Positions 39,228 through 52,670 are shown, counted from the stretch's first letter. The stretch: 64,000 bases of DNA from Octopus sinensis (GCF_006345805.1 NC_043000.1:33914001-33978000); one strand, 5' to 3'. The notes: generated by a model not told the origin, from the letters alone. Program-made: numbers and translations.

Positions 39228-39948
39228 TAAATTTTTATTGTTGTTGTTAATTCCATCATTTTTGTTTGTTTGTTTACCCAAAGAGAAAAAGGCCTAAGAG
39301 ATCCAGTATTGCCAAATGGATAAAGAGTGTTACGTGTGTAAGAGTTTTGAAATGATATAAGGTGGCGTTGGCACTGCGTTCCTTACATTTCAAAGACATT
39401 CTCAAAGAAACTGTGAATCACCACAACTGTTGGCTTTAAACCAAACAATTCCGTTATCACAATTCCTTCGGAGGAACTGAGAACAAAAAAAAAAAAACTC
39501 CAAAGATAAAGAATAAATGTAACGATTATTGCTATCACCATGACAAACAGCATCAATATCATCAGCATCGTCATAGCCATCATCATCACCATCACCCTAA
39601 CCTTCCTCCTCCTCCTCCTCATCATCATCATCATCATAACCATCGTCATCGCAATAACTATCCCCCTTTCCACATCATCACAAATATCTACATAACCATC
39701 CTTATCCTAGTCATCACTGCAAACTGCCATCGCCACCACCATCATCATCTCCATCATCGTTACCATCATCACTACCATCACTGCCATCATTATTATCTTA
39801 GCCATCGTCAGCAAAAATCACCGTAAGAATAATAATAATCCTCATCATCATCATTGTCATCACCATCACCATCATAAACATCATCAGCCTGACTTGCATC
39901 ACCCTCCTCATAACCATCATTATCATCAGACCGTTACAACAAGAACAC

Positions 39949-40007
<59 letters not shown>

Positions 40008-40383
40008 GCTGCTGCTGCTGTAATAGCAGCTCAGTGTTCTATGTTGTTGGATTCTGAACAACCTAAGAGTGAAATGAAATTATCAGATGCGAAGCGAGTG
40101 AAAATTTGCGAATCATTCAAGTGTGAAGGCGTTTCCAATGAAGAGGAATGCTCTTTGATATCATCCTCTCATTCTGCATCCACCATCATTTCCTTTTGAT
40201 ATCACTTCAAGATATGTTATTTTATTTATTTATTAGTTCCTTCGTTTGTTTGTTTGTTTGTTTGTTTAGATGTCTTGGTTTGTAGAGGATTCCTACGACA
40301 TACCTGCGCAGGAATTACACGCACTTGTTGAGAAAGAGTTATAGATTCACTTGTTTCCATGACAACACGTATCAATATCATAT

Positions 40384-40439
<56 letters not shown>

Positions 40440-40554
40440 TGCGTGCGTATATATATATACACATACATCCATACATACATACATACTTGTATATATAGAT
40501 ATAGATATATATAGGTATAGATATAGATATATGTATACTTTTATATATTCAATG

Positions 40555-40684
40555 TTTTCTAACAAGAATAGTATCGATAGTGACTTAAAATTTTCGGTCT
40601 GCTAGCCTATCATCGGACTGTCCGATGATGGTTTAGTTGGCCGAAATTTCGAAGTCACTGACATTACTACTCTTCTTAGAGAAT
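40555..40684. repeat. ~130-bp imperfect palindrome with a degenerate hammerhead-like core in the arms
   Basis: Centre CATCGGAC T GTCCGATG; right arm CCGATGA T GGTTTAGTTGGCC GAAATTTC. Confidence 0.65.
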
Positions 40685-40793
40685 GATAAATTTGTATTTT
40701 ACCAAAAGCAATGAGTAATCCTTCGGTTCAATGTAAATGTTTTTATTGTAATATAAATACACTCACATTCACACACACGTATATATATGTATA

Positions 40794-40828
<35 letters not shown>

Positions 40829-40862
40829 AATATATATATACATACATACACAGACATACATT

Positions 40863-40915
<53 letters not shown>

Positions 40916-40950
40916 CACTATGATATATGTGTGTGTATATATATATATAT

Positions 40951-41140
40951 ACCGGAGTAAGCACATAAATGTGAAACAAGGTGGAAAAAAAGACTACTCA
41001 AATACCAGAGGTAGAGTAATATGCTTTATTTAGAAGCAGCAGGAATATAACAAAAGTTACTCAGAATGTCACGTTCTCGTTCGTCGGACGGGAACGTGAA
41101 ACTCTGACTAACAGCTTCTGTTACATTTTTGCTGATTTTA
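40951..41140. repeat. Interspersed repeat ending in an imperfect palindrome (41021-41137) with hammerhead-like core; related fragments at ~17620-17665 and ~54598-54720
   Basis: GCTTTATTTAGAAGCAGCA...CACGTTCTCGT / ACGGGAACGTGAAAC...TGCTGATTTTAAATAAAG; minus CCGACGA ACG AGAA CGT. Confidence 0.6.
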
Positions 41141-41608
41141 AATAAAGTATATATATATATACACATACAGTCATTACACATATATACATATATATATTAT
41201 ATATACATACAGTCATTTATACACACACATGCACTCGTCTATGTTGTTCATGTCACTGGTCACTGGTCACTGGTCGCATCGAGGTATTTCACTTATATCA
41301 CTTCTTCTGCACCTTTTCGTTTCAGTTTATGCCCTTTGGTTTCTAGAGGTAGGTTGGGAAAATTGTCGCGCTAATGACGACTATTGCGCCAGAAACACGT
41401 ACTCCGGAGTGCCATCTTATCTGCTGAAAATCGACTCGTCCTTTTTCTTAATGACTCATAAATTTTAGAGCATTCTTGAATCAAGTGGAGCTGGTCTTAA
41501 TTGACATTGGGTAATTTTGATACACTCTCTTGAGGCGGAGATGATTTGCATAAATCAAATATTTTATGGTATTTGGTGTACCTCTATTGCTCAATGTTGT
41601 GTGTGTGT

Positions 41609-41656
<48 letters not shown>

Positions 41657-41999
41657 AATAAATGAAAAATGCATTAAATACTAAAAAACGTACACGTAGG
41701 ACAGACATAGAAGGAGCCTAATTCTTCATCAGTTATCGATCGAAATACTAATACACAGTTTCATGCCTTTGACGATAGATTCTGAGAACTTCGCATATCG
41801 GTGGCGCCAGCACAATTTGCGGAGAATTAGGGCACGAGTAAACAATACAGAGTGGACGTAGAAAAGTAAACAAATGTAATTTGAAACGATTGACGAAGAT
41901 GGAATAAATACAGTCTTTCGGTCAAACAGACAGGAATGATGGGTAACGACTGGAGGAAATCCTGAATGGATAAAAAAAAAGAAGAGATTCTCCGTCTTC

Positions 42000-42159
42000 C
42001 CTTCCTTGGACCTTTCCTTTTCCTATGTTACTGACGAAGAGCTCCGCTCGAAACGTGAGATCCTCGTTCTTTCTTTCTTTTCCTGAGCGTCCAATAACAC
42101 TACACTTGTTCCACGTCCTCGCGTTGCTGTGTTTTCTCTTTGTTCATGTTTGGATTAAC

Positions 42160-42160
<1 letters not shown>
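42000..42160 (+). repeat. Repeat related to 2770-2925 with hammerhead core at 42031-42057 (cleavage triplet GUG, probably inactive)
   Basis: CTGACGA A GAGC TCC GCTC GAAAC GT G, followed by TTTCCTGAGCGT as at 2845. Confidence 0.6.
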
Positions 42161-42207
<47 letters not shown>

Positions 42208-42232
42208 TGTGTGTGTATATATAAAATTATAT

Positions 42233-42265
<33 letters not shown>

Positions 42266-42428
42266 GGCGTAGGCGTGGCTTTGTGGTAAGAAGCTTGCTT
42301 CCCAACCAAACGGTTCCAGATTCAATCCCACTGCGTGGCCCCTTGGGCAAGTGTCTTCTACTAGAGCCTCGGGCCGACCAAAGACTTGTGAGTAGATTTG
42401 GGCGACGGAAACTGAAAAGAAGCCCGTC

Positions 42429-42462
<34 letters not shown>

Positions 42463-42729
42463 AGATATATATATATACTGTGTGTGTGTGTGTGTGTGTA
42501 TATGTTTGTGTGTCTGTGTTTGTTTCCCCCACCACCATCGCTTGACAGCCGATGTTGGTGTGTTTACGTCTCCGTAACTTCGCTGTTAGGCAAAAGAGAA
42601 CCAATAGAATAAGTACTAGGCTTACAAAGAATAAGTCCTGGAGGTCGATTTGTTCGACTAAAGGCGATGCTCCAGTATGACCGCAGTCAAATGACTGAAA
42701 CAAGTGAAAGAATAAAATCATAAAAGAAT
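42266..42729 (+). mobile_element. SINE family 1, full length
   Basis: Head, internal (TA)n(TG)n and tail all present. Confidence 0.9.
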
Positions 42730-42764
<35 letters not shown>

Positions 42765-43533
42765 GTGTGTGTGTGTATTTGGATACACAAATACGCACCC
42801 ACACACACATATACACACACGCCTACACACACACATGTTAAAAAAGGTGTTAAAAGGCCCTAAGATGAAACAGTTCTACACCCTTTAACACGGAATAAAT
42901 ATACTTTCTTAAACATTGTAACCTTTAGCCGAAACATCTTTGATATAAAATCTTTATATTTTCTACTTTCAAACTCCTACCCTTCTCCTGCTTTCTCTCA
43001 CTCCCTCCTCCCTCCTTCTCTCTCTCATTCACCCTCACTCTTTTTCTCTTTATTTCCTCTTCCCTCTCCTTCCCCTTCTCATCTTTTATCGTTTCGTCTG
43101 TCAATCTTTACATTCTTCTATAGTCTTGATTTAATCTAAAGCTCTTTTGATATCGTTCGCATCATTTAGAACTACTACAACTACCAATACTACTACTACT
43201 ACTACTACCACCGCCGCCACTACCACCACACCACCACTACTACTACTACCACCACCACCACTACCATCACCACCACCACTACCACCACCACCACCACCAC
43301 CACCACCACCACCACCACCATTTCTACTACTAATGTCGGTGCCGGGGATAAGTTGATTACATCGCCCCTAGTGTTTAACTGGTACAACTTATTCTATCAA
43401 TGCCGTAAGAATAAAAGGTGAAGCTGACTTCGGTGTAATTTGAGCTCATAACTAAGCCGGAAGAAAAGCTGCCAAGCATTCTGTACGGTGTGTTAACGAT
43501 TCTACCAGTTTGAATAATAACAATAATAATAAT

Positions 43534-44086
43534 TGCCCTGATGCAGTACCAGGGAGCGGCTCTCATGGCTTCTGATCTTAACTGACTGGAAGTGTTATCA
43601 TGTACATTGTTTTGTCTTGGTATAAAAGATGGGCTACAGCAAATATTCTGCTCAATACCACAGATTTGCTTGTCAGTTGTTTGACCATAACCAGTTGAGC
43701 ATGTCCCTTAGTGGCTGACGATATTTGCATCTCTGATCACGAGCAGAAGTAGTGGGGAAGCATCATAGCCATGTGTTGAGAGGGATTCTTTGGGGTTTGA
43801 ATAATTCACCTCTGAAAACATGGGTGGTTCTTTCAACATCCTTAAACAACCCTTATTCAGGGACCTTTTGAGTGGGATGGGCTACTCAACCTGAAGAAAA
43901 TTCTAACTGGGCCCCACCTGCAAGGTCATGTGCTGTTCATCTTGATATGAGATCATGTCGCGCACATATGGTTGTGATGCATGTGCCTGGTGTACCATTA
44001 TTAGACGGGTAGTCATGATGGGTATATTGGGCTTCGTATATTTTACCCCAGTGTCACTTTGATGGCATGAACTGCTCTCTCACTCA
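43534..44086 (-). repeat. Second copy of the 38618-39173 repeat, flanked by (TAA)n
   Basis: End-to-end reverse-complement similarity. Confidence 0.9.
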
Positions 44087-44478
44087 ATAATAATAATAAT
44101 AATAATAATAAATAATAATAATAATAATGATATTAACAAGAGCACTCAGAGAGCGCAAACCGCCGCCAAGGTAACACCAAAGACCTCTCAACGATTAGCT
44201 AGAGATGAATTTTAAAATGAGAATTTCTGAAATAAATGTGACTGCTCTCAAAAACGAGAATACTAAAAATGAACCTGACCGCTCTCAAAAAAGAAGAAGA
44301 AGAAGAAGAGAAGAAGAAGAAGAAGAAGAAGAAGAAGAAGAAGAAGAAGAAGAAATAGCAGCTTTCATTCATTCTTCTTCTTTGTCTTTTTTATAGAGTC
44401 CTCAATATATTAGGCCCTTGCGGCCAACAAAAGCAATCACCACCACCACCACCACCACCATCATCGTCATCGTCGTCG

Positions 44479-44515
<37 letters not shown>

Positions 44516-44624
44516 TATTTATAGCACCACATATTTAAATAATTGCTTCTGTCTCTATATGAGATGATAGAAACAACCAGATTTCAGCAGGTTTTTATAA
44601 TCACACTTTAAAGAAAGGAGCCGA

Positions 44625-44681
<57 letters not shown>

Positions 44682-44897
44682 ATCATCATCATTATCATCA
44701 TCATCATTTGATTATGATTTTTATATTTATTCCTCTTCCTTCCCAATAAATCGATAAAATAGATGTCTATAAATGAAAGGGAGTCAACAAACACTGTTAC
44801 CGCTCTCTCTCGTTCTCTCTCTCACTTTCTCTCTCTATACACACCTGCATACATATATACATACACACACACACATATATATTATATATATATATAG

Positions 44898-45282
44898 TGG
44901 AGGCGCAATGACCCAGTGGTTAGGGCAGCGGACTCGTGGTCGTAGGATCACGGTTTCGATTCCCAGATCGGCCGTTATGAGTGTTTATTAAGCGAAAACA
45001 CCTAAAGCTCCACGAAGCTCTGGCAGGTGGTGATTGCGAACCCTGCTGCATTCTTTCACCACAGCTTTCTCTCACTCTTTCTTCCTGTTTCTGTTGTACC
45101 TGTACTTCAATGGGGCTAGCCTTCTAACACTCTGTGTCACGCTGAATCTCCCCGAGAACTACGTTAAGGGTACACATGTCTGTGGAGTGCTCAGCCACTT
45201 GCATGTTAATTTCACAAGCAGGCTGTTCTGTTGATTAGATCAACTGCAACACTCGTTGTCGTAACCGACAGAGTGCCACAAC
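44898..45282 (+). mobile_element. Mosaic tRNA-derived SINE (head A + tail Y)
   Basis: 44898-45092 matches the reverse complement of 25197-25390; 45093-45275 matches 28565-28745. Confidence 0.85.
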
Positions 45283-46230
45283 ATGTGTGTGTGTGTGTGT
45301 GTGTGTGCGTGTGTGTGTATGCATGTGTATGTATAGAGGCTTTAAATTCTTTTTATTTTGCGGTAACCGTTTTGTATTATTGCTCTCTGTATTTTTTAGT
45401 TGTTGGTGGTTGTTTTTGCATTCGTTTGTTGGTTGTTTTTGTTCCCCCTATAGTATTGTGTGAGGACAAATCGTTTGGCTGGGAACTTTTACTGAAATAT
45501 AATGGTGGGACTTCCGGTTTTCTCTATTGCGTTTTCTAGTGACTTGATAAATGTTTGAATGACGATTTTTTACTCTATTTTATATCAGTGTGTGTATATA
45601 TGTATGTGTTCATATGTGTTCATGTTTTTGTGCGTATGTGCGTATATGTATGCGCCCGTATGTGTGTGTGTGAGTTTTGTGCTGCGATGCTCCTATTTTC
45701 TCGATATTCTCTTTTCTACAAACACGTCGTCTGCCAGATTTTCTCACGTTGGTTATAGCTTTGTTGTTTTGTTTATTTTCACCCTGTATCAACTTTTTAT
45801 CGTCTCACTCATTTTTTTCACTCATTCTCCTGCTGTCTTTCCCCATTTCTCCTCCATATTGTAGCCATCATTGTATTAGACAGTCTGCCCTTCATCTTCA
45901 ACATAATTCAATACTAAACTGAATGCTGTTTATATAAAACATCACCAAAACAATATTTGAATCAAATATGAGACATTGTATATTGATCAATATTTAACAA
46001 CTTAATACCTAGAATTATTAATGTAGGTAATTATTTGACCCTTCGATTTAGATATAACGCTCGATATTTGATTTTGACTTCACTGACTTTTGATGGCCAC
46101 ATTCGGAACATGTACCAAGCTTTCTCTTCCTAAATTTAGAAGTGAAGGAAATAAAATATATATGATCACAAGTGGTAGGTACATAACACGCCAACTCCCA
46201 TTACCGTCATTGATATTAACCTATGGTTCG

Positions 46231-46270
<40 letters not shown>

Positions 46271-46806
46271 TATATATATATATATATATACAGAGAGTGA
46301 GAGAGATAAAGAGACGGGGAGAGAGAGGGAGGGGAGAGAGAGAGGGGGAATATTAAAAACTCAGCTTCAATCAACAATTTGTAATGTGTATTTCTATGTG
46401 TGTATGTATGGATGTATACATATATACATACATACATATATATATATATCTATATATATATATATATATATTATACATATATATATTATATAATATATAT
46501 ATATATATTATATATATATATGTATGTATGTATATATACAAAATATGTAAGTATTTATATTTACAGTATATATGAAATATGTATATATGTATATACATGC
46601 ACACATATATTTACATATGTATGTATGTATGCATGTATGTATGTTTGTATCTATCTATCAATCTCTCTATCTATCTCTCTCTCTCTCTATATATATATAT
46701 TCATTTCGTGCTCTAATCTTCCATAGTCGATAAATAGATAGATGGATAGATAGATTGACAGACAGATAGACAGGTAGATAGATAGATAGATAGATATTTA
46801 GATATT

Positions 46807-46895
<89 letters not shown>

Positions 46896-47420
46896 GCATG
46901 CAATTAGGCTCACATTGATAGCAACCGTTTGTCAGTCAATGCTATTCCACTCAACAAGATAATCCATTCAGTGTTAAAAACTATTTCTTGAACAGAAACA
47001 ATAACCAAACTCTTTTTTAAAGAAATTTCTTGGTAATTCAGGTTAATTAATATATTGTTAATTATTGGTTACATAATCAACATATTAAGACTAATAGTAT
47101 TTGCTCCAAGCCATTCTTTTATAATATTATTCATATTTCTTGAGGTGGTTAAGGTTATGATCCGGGTGGTTGCGACGGTGGACAAATTTGTGATAGGGTT
47201 AGGGTGGGCATATGGGGTGGGGGAAAAGAAGTGGATTAGAAGAATCATTACAGTGGTTGACAAAATGTCTTGGGCTTTCATTTTGTGCTTTAATCTTCTA
47301 TGGTCGATAAAATAACCACGAGTTAATTACTGGTATCAGCAGAATTAAATAATACTCCACTTGTTCAAAATGTGTGGTCCCTCATATATAATTGTGCGAG
47401 TGGAGATAGATATAAAGTAA

Positions 47421-47944
47421 TATCTATCTCCTATTTAAAAGTGGAAGTTGTGTAAGAACACAATATACTGGTTTATTTACCATGAAAGAACCTCTCGTAT
47501 GGACACATGGTGCATATAAGCACTCGTCTTTATATCGCTGACCGGGTGAGAACCGCCCACCATGGTTGCCGGAATTGCCAGAGCACGTGACTTCGCCAGT
47601 CCTTAGGCTGGTCAATGGCCTTCTGCCGCTATCAATTATTTTCTTATTACACCCACTCACGGCTTGCGACATCAGTGCCTGAACAGATACCAAGATTCTA
47701 TATATTGCTGGAGGGGGATACCGACTACTATGTCTAGTGGGACGATTGTCATTGACAAGGCTAGAGAAGGGTGAAATCACATGAACTGGTAGTTCCGGCG
47801 GCCTTTGCAGACGGTTATCGCTCGTCAGCGATATACACATACGTGCTTTTATGCACCATAAATTCGTATAAGAGGTTTTCTCATGGCAAATAACGCAGTA
47901 TTCGGTTTTCTAATAAAACATCCACTTTTAAGTGGGGACAAATA
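47421..47944. repeat. Old ~520-bp foldback (MITE-like) with diverged ~210-bp arms
   Basis: Complementary blocks in nested order: TTAAAAGTGGA/TCCACTTTTAA, ATGGTGCATA/TATGCACCAT, TATATCGCTGAC/GTCAGCGATATA, CCGGAATTGCCAG/CTGGTAGTTCCGG, GTCAATG/CATTGAC. Confidence 0.8.
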
Positions 47945-48435
47945 TTACATCTTGGTATTTTTCCTCTCGCTTTACAAGAGATAAGATCTACTTTTGCCAG
48001 TCTCTTGTCATAGCTCCTTTCTCCTGCGTTCACCACTTCACATCGTATTGGCATAAAAGCCCTCGCCGTTTGTTTTTACTGTTTTGTTCTTACTGTCCTC
48101 TTTTTGTCACCACTTTAACCCTCCGCAAAAATTCCAAGTTTTGTTTAATTTGCTTTGCGGGAAGGACTGTTTTAACGTAATCACATCTTGTCCCAAACTT
48201 CGAAACGTGGATTATAGAACAAGGGACAACTGATGAAGGGATTGTTCTTTATGCTGTCTGTCTCGTTTCTCTATTTGTTTCTTTCGTTGTTCGAAAAGAA
48301 AGTTCGTTTTCCATGTTTTTGTTTTTTCATGTTCTCGTTTTTCATTTTGTTCACATATTTTGACGTCCTGTAACCATATATTCATGTATATATACATATA
48401 TATGTGGGTATGTACATGTGTTTATTTATATATGC

Positions 48436-48466
<31 letters not shown>

Positions 48467-48467
48467 A

Positions 48468-48993
48468 TTTTTTGGCTCAAAAAGCAAAAAGCAAGGCCAT
48501 GTAGGGGGACATGCAGTTATGTACAGGGAGGGTGTTCATGCAAAGAGTTCAGGCCATTTCTGGTCAAGAGAGACTTTGAACCGAGTGGTCGTCGGCATCT
48601 TCACTATCTCGTCTGGCAGCTTATTCCACGGATCCGCAACCCGGACGGAGAAAGCCCCTCTCCTTCGATTGAGATAAAATCGTCGCAGATAGAGCTTTTC
48701 GGAGTGACCCCGCAGCCGACGCTCTGGAGCAGGAGTGAAGAACAGCTCTTTCGAGAGGTTACACTTTCCGCTTATGATGTTGTGAGCAAGAATGAGATCA
48801 CCACGGCGTCGTCGTTTTTCTAGAGAATAGAGGTCGAGCGTCTTCAGCCTTTCTTCATAAGACAAATGCTTGATACCAAGAATCATGCGGGTAGCCAGCT
48901 TCTGGACTCTCTCGAGATGATGTATGTATGTCTTTGAGGAGATAAGGAGAAGAGGCTTGAATCCCGTACTCCAATATGGGTCTCACCAGCGTG
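48468..48993 (-). mobile_element. CR1-clade LINE 3' end (open ORF2 C-terminus plus short 3' UTR)
   Basis: LVRPILEYG...LERVQKLATRMILGIKHLSYEERLKTLDLYSLEKRRRRGDLI...RLRGHSEKL...FSVRVADPWNKLP; no internal stops, so relatively young. Confidence 0.9.
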
Positions 48994-49172
48994 AACTCAT
49001 ATATATATGAGTTCGTGTGTCTATGTGTGTGTAAATATTTCCTTATATCTACAGTTATATATCAACAATTTAGCACCCAACTGGGGATTACTTATTACTT
49101 GCTAGTAAAGTACATATTTATTAACTTTTACAAGGAAAATGTTGAAAGTGTCTTCGACGATTTGACATGAAA

Positions 49173-49191
49173 AAGCCCGTCGTATATATAT

Positions 49192-49254
<63 letters not shown>

Positions 49255-49500
49255 GTGTGTGTGTGTGTATGTGTGTATGCGCGTGTGTCTTTGTGTCGAT
49301 ATTTGTCCCTCATCACCACTTGGCAACCAGTGTTGGTGCGTTTAAGTTCTCGTAACTTAGTGGTTCGGCAAAAGAGAACCAATTGAATAAGTACTAGGCT
49401 TACAAAGAATAAGTCCTGGGGGTCGATTTGCTCGACTAAAGGCGATGCCCCAGCGTGGCCGCAGTCAAAATGACTGAAACAAGTATAAGAATAAAAGAAT
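49173..49500 (+). mobile_element. SINE family 1, 5'-truncated
   Basis: AAGCCCGTCG(TA)n(TG)n then the family tail. Confidence 0.8.
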
Positions 49501-49554
49501 ATACACGCTACATACACCACTGGATAATGCACACACTGACACACTACACGAAGG

Positions 49555-49609
<55 letters not shown>

Positions 49610-49649
49610 CGTGTGTGCGTTTCTGTTGAACTTCCCAAGCTATTATTAC

Positions 49650-49850
49650 GTGAAACATGTTCTGTGGAAGTTAATTTCTTTTTCTTAACTGACAAGATGA
49701 GTTCAAGTCTTCAAACCTTGTCACCGTTCGCTGTTCTGTCGTCTTGGTATGATGTGTCATGGCTGTCTGGCTGTTGTTACAACTTCCTTTATAATTATAC
49801 CGGGTGATACACACAGATAGACGAGGCGGCGGGCGGGCAGGGTGGTGGGG
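49650..49850 (-). promoter_or_regulatory. Candidate Pol II core promoter (GC box plus TATA)
   Basis: Minus strand CCCGCCCGCCGCC (~49825-49838) then TATAAAGG (49793-49786) in non-repetitive sequence. Confidence 0.25.
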
Positions 49851-50085
49851 AAGACGTTTATTTTGACTGTCGCAGGAGAGAAAAAAAAAAGAGAACAAAA
49901 ATAGCCAAGTTTGTTTTTGCTCAAAAGTGTAATAACGTAAGACAGGTTGAATTGGAGGTTCAGGCATTGTTAATCGATGGACATAGTTGAATTATTGGCG
50001 AGAGAAGTCAACAGTAATTGGTTTGTTTCGGTTATGGGGATCGGGGTTAGACAAAGATTTTAGACAGACAGACAAAAGGGCAATG

Positions 50086-50121
<36 letters not shown>

Positions 50122-50479
50122 TTACAGGCAGTGAGAGAATGGCAGATAACTGTTGCATTTGAAACCTTCGAAGTGTCCGAATGCTAAAACTGAGTTTCTC
50201 ATGACTTCCCACCTAAACTCCAAACACATAATAGAGTCATATTAGACATTTCCTTTTACTCCTGGTAAGCTGTTGACGCTCAATAAATACTTCAAACATG
50301 TAACCTATATCGGGGTGGAACTTTCTGGGAAGAAGATTCTGCTGTTAAACTCAATAGTGACGACCACATTCAAAAGAAGAAGAGATTTCTCTTAACATCC
50401 TGCTGGCTACTTAATCGGTTTTTTCTTCCCGCCTTTACGGACTTATGGTGGGTCATTTATATCGAAGTGTTTGATCCAA

Positions 50480-51258
50480 ATGATTTTCATAATACATTAA
50501 CTATTATCAGCTTATGGTGTTTTCTGTGACGCATTTTCTGTTTCGCTTTATAGGATTTTTAAAATTCTTAGTTCGTCTATTCTATACCTGGCGTGCATTT
50601 AATTCATTTGCTACATTTTTTTGAGTACCGTGTATATTTTTAATAGGATAATTCCGAATGTAGTTGTTGAATTGGTATTTCACTCTATATTCCTCAATAA
50701 CTTGGTCCTCTTGAAATATGCGTTGTCAATTAGTATTTGTTTTTTTCTAAATCCTTTCCTCAGTAATGATGTTACCACCGACATTTTCCGGTTAGACGGA
50801 CATTCGCTATATCGCTGCAGATATATGTATTTGTTTGTGGGTTTTTTTCGTGTCTAAACTAATGTATCGATTGTTTTTAATCTGAATTTTACGTCTAGAG
50901 ATGGTCGTTTGCTCACTCTTCTTTCGACCTCTTCTGAAGTGTCTGTTACATATATAATATTATCTGCATATGTAATGTACAATATATATTTACATTTAGT
51001 TATTATTTTGTCTTCTACTATAGACAGATAGAACATGGCGAAAGAGGGTGCAAGAGATGACCCCATAGCTATTCTGTATTTTCTTCAAATAGCTTCCTAT
51101 GTGGGCGGCGAAAGAAGCCTTCAGTTTTTCAAGTTACGTGTAGCTTTTTTTAAACAATATTTTTGCTGGTATAATTTGTGGTTTATTTTGGGTTGTTTGT
51201 ATACATTATCTAATATAATATCTATACTTTCTATAACTGGAACGTTAGTAAAAAACTG
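50480..51258 (-). pseudogene. Decayed Penelope-like element reverse transcriptase
   Basis: Minus-strand motifs in the expected order: FTNVPVIESIDII, MGSSLAPSFAMFYLSIVE...YITYADN, KPTNKYIYLQRYSECPSNRKMSVVTSLLRK. Confidence 0.8.
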
Positions 51259-51722
51259 AATTCTGAATTTAGAACTTCGCAAAACAAGACACCAATATCT
51301 ATGCGTTATCTAAACTTAATAAGATTATCTATGAAGAAAAACAGCCTATATCAATGAAGATAATCTCCACAAACCATGAATCTAAAAACATTTTCCATTT
51401 TACTAGAATGAAGGACAATTCAGAATAACGAAACTAAGATATAAATATCTACAAACAAGCATAACAAATATGTATTCCCATCATCAGCTGCCAAATGGAT
51501 ATCACTCTCGTTTTGACACATGAGCAAAAACATTCAATTCAGCAGTGTCAACAGCGTTAAAAAGCACAAACGGTACCTGGGAATCAATAGTAACCTGCAG
51601 AAGCGAAACATTAGCATAGTATACTCGTTATACTAGCACCTGCTTGTTACTACCAGAAATAACACCAAAGTAAAGAATTAGTTTTGACTTACATACATTC
51701 ATACATACATACATACATACAC

Positions 51723-51790
<68 letters not shown>

Positions 51791-51792
51791 TA

Positions 51793-52092
51793 TCATCATC
51801 ATCATCATCATCATCGTTTTACGTCCACTTTCCATGCTGGCATGGTTTGGACGGTTTGACTGAGAACTGGTGAGCCAGAGGCTGCACCAGGATCAATCTG
51901 ATCTGGCAAAGTTTCTACAGCTGGATGCCCTTCCTAACGCCAAACACTCCGAGAATGTAGTGGATACTTTTACGTGCCACCGGCACGAGGGCCAGTCAGA
52001 CGGTTCTGGCAACGACCACGCTCAAAAGGTGTTTTTATGTGCTACCTGCACGGGAGCCAGTCCGGCGGCACTGGTAACGACCATGCTCGAAT
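51793..52092 (-). mobile_element. 3' UTR/tail of the RTE family seen at 5200-6140, with (GAT)n tail
   Basis: TTACGTGCCACCGGCAC and GGGAGCCAGTC are reverse complements of motifs in 6030-6125; GGATGCCCTTCCTAACGCC motif. Confidence 0.7.
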
Positions 52093-52104
52093 AAGGTAAC
52101 ATCT

Positions 52105-52330
52105 AAGGTGAGGACCAGGTGCTGCATTAGCTTGGAGTCCAAGGGTCCTCAGCTCTTCAGTGATCTGTTAAAAGAATGAAGAAATTTTCATAATGTGGAT
52201 GTGGAAGTCTTCAAAAAGTAATTAGGCATTCACCGGTCCATGATACCAGATGGACCTACATCCAGCATTACGTACAGACGAGGGGTACTGCCATGGGAAA
52301 TTCCTTCACACACCAAATGAGCCGACGAAC
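52105..52330 (+). pseudogene. Degenerate CR1/L2-like ORF2 C-terminal fragment
   Basis: SLESKGPQLFSDL..*RNFHNVDVEVFKK...PDGP...MGNSFTHQ resembles the S....GP.LFN.LP...R......FK..LD.....PD.P tail. Confidence 0.45.
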
Positions 52331-52581
52331 AGGGAAAAGCATATGCAAGAATGGTCATATGAAATTCCATCAGCCAAAAGAAGTGAACCACATAAGATGC
52401 CTGAGGAAAGAGTACAAAGATATGGTGGTACTCCAGCATGACCGCAGATGCATGGCGGCGATATATATATGTGTGTGTGTGTGTGTGCGCGCGCACACAC
52501 ACACACACTGTTAGTATTTTGTAAACAGAGGAAATATAGAGATAACCAATGAATGTGGTAAAGATAGGAGAAAAAGAAACG

Positions 52582-52670
<89 letters not shown>

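Noticed and set aside
43160-43320. Proline-rich (formin/extensin-like) exon
   Set aside because: Pure (CCA)n/(CTA)n microsatellite next to a SINE tail
47770-47845. Hammerhead in the 47421-47944 foldback (minus-strand CTGACGA)
   Set aside because: No GAAA box at a suitable position (GGAAC instead), and the opposite arm lacks the motif
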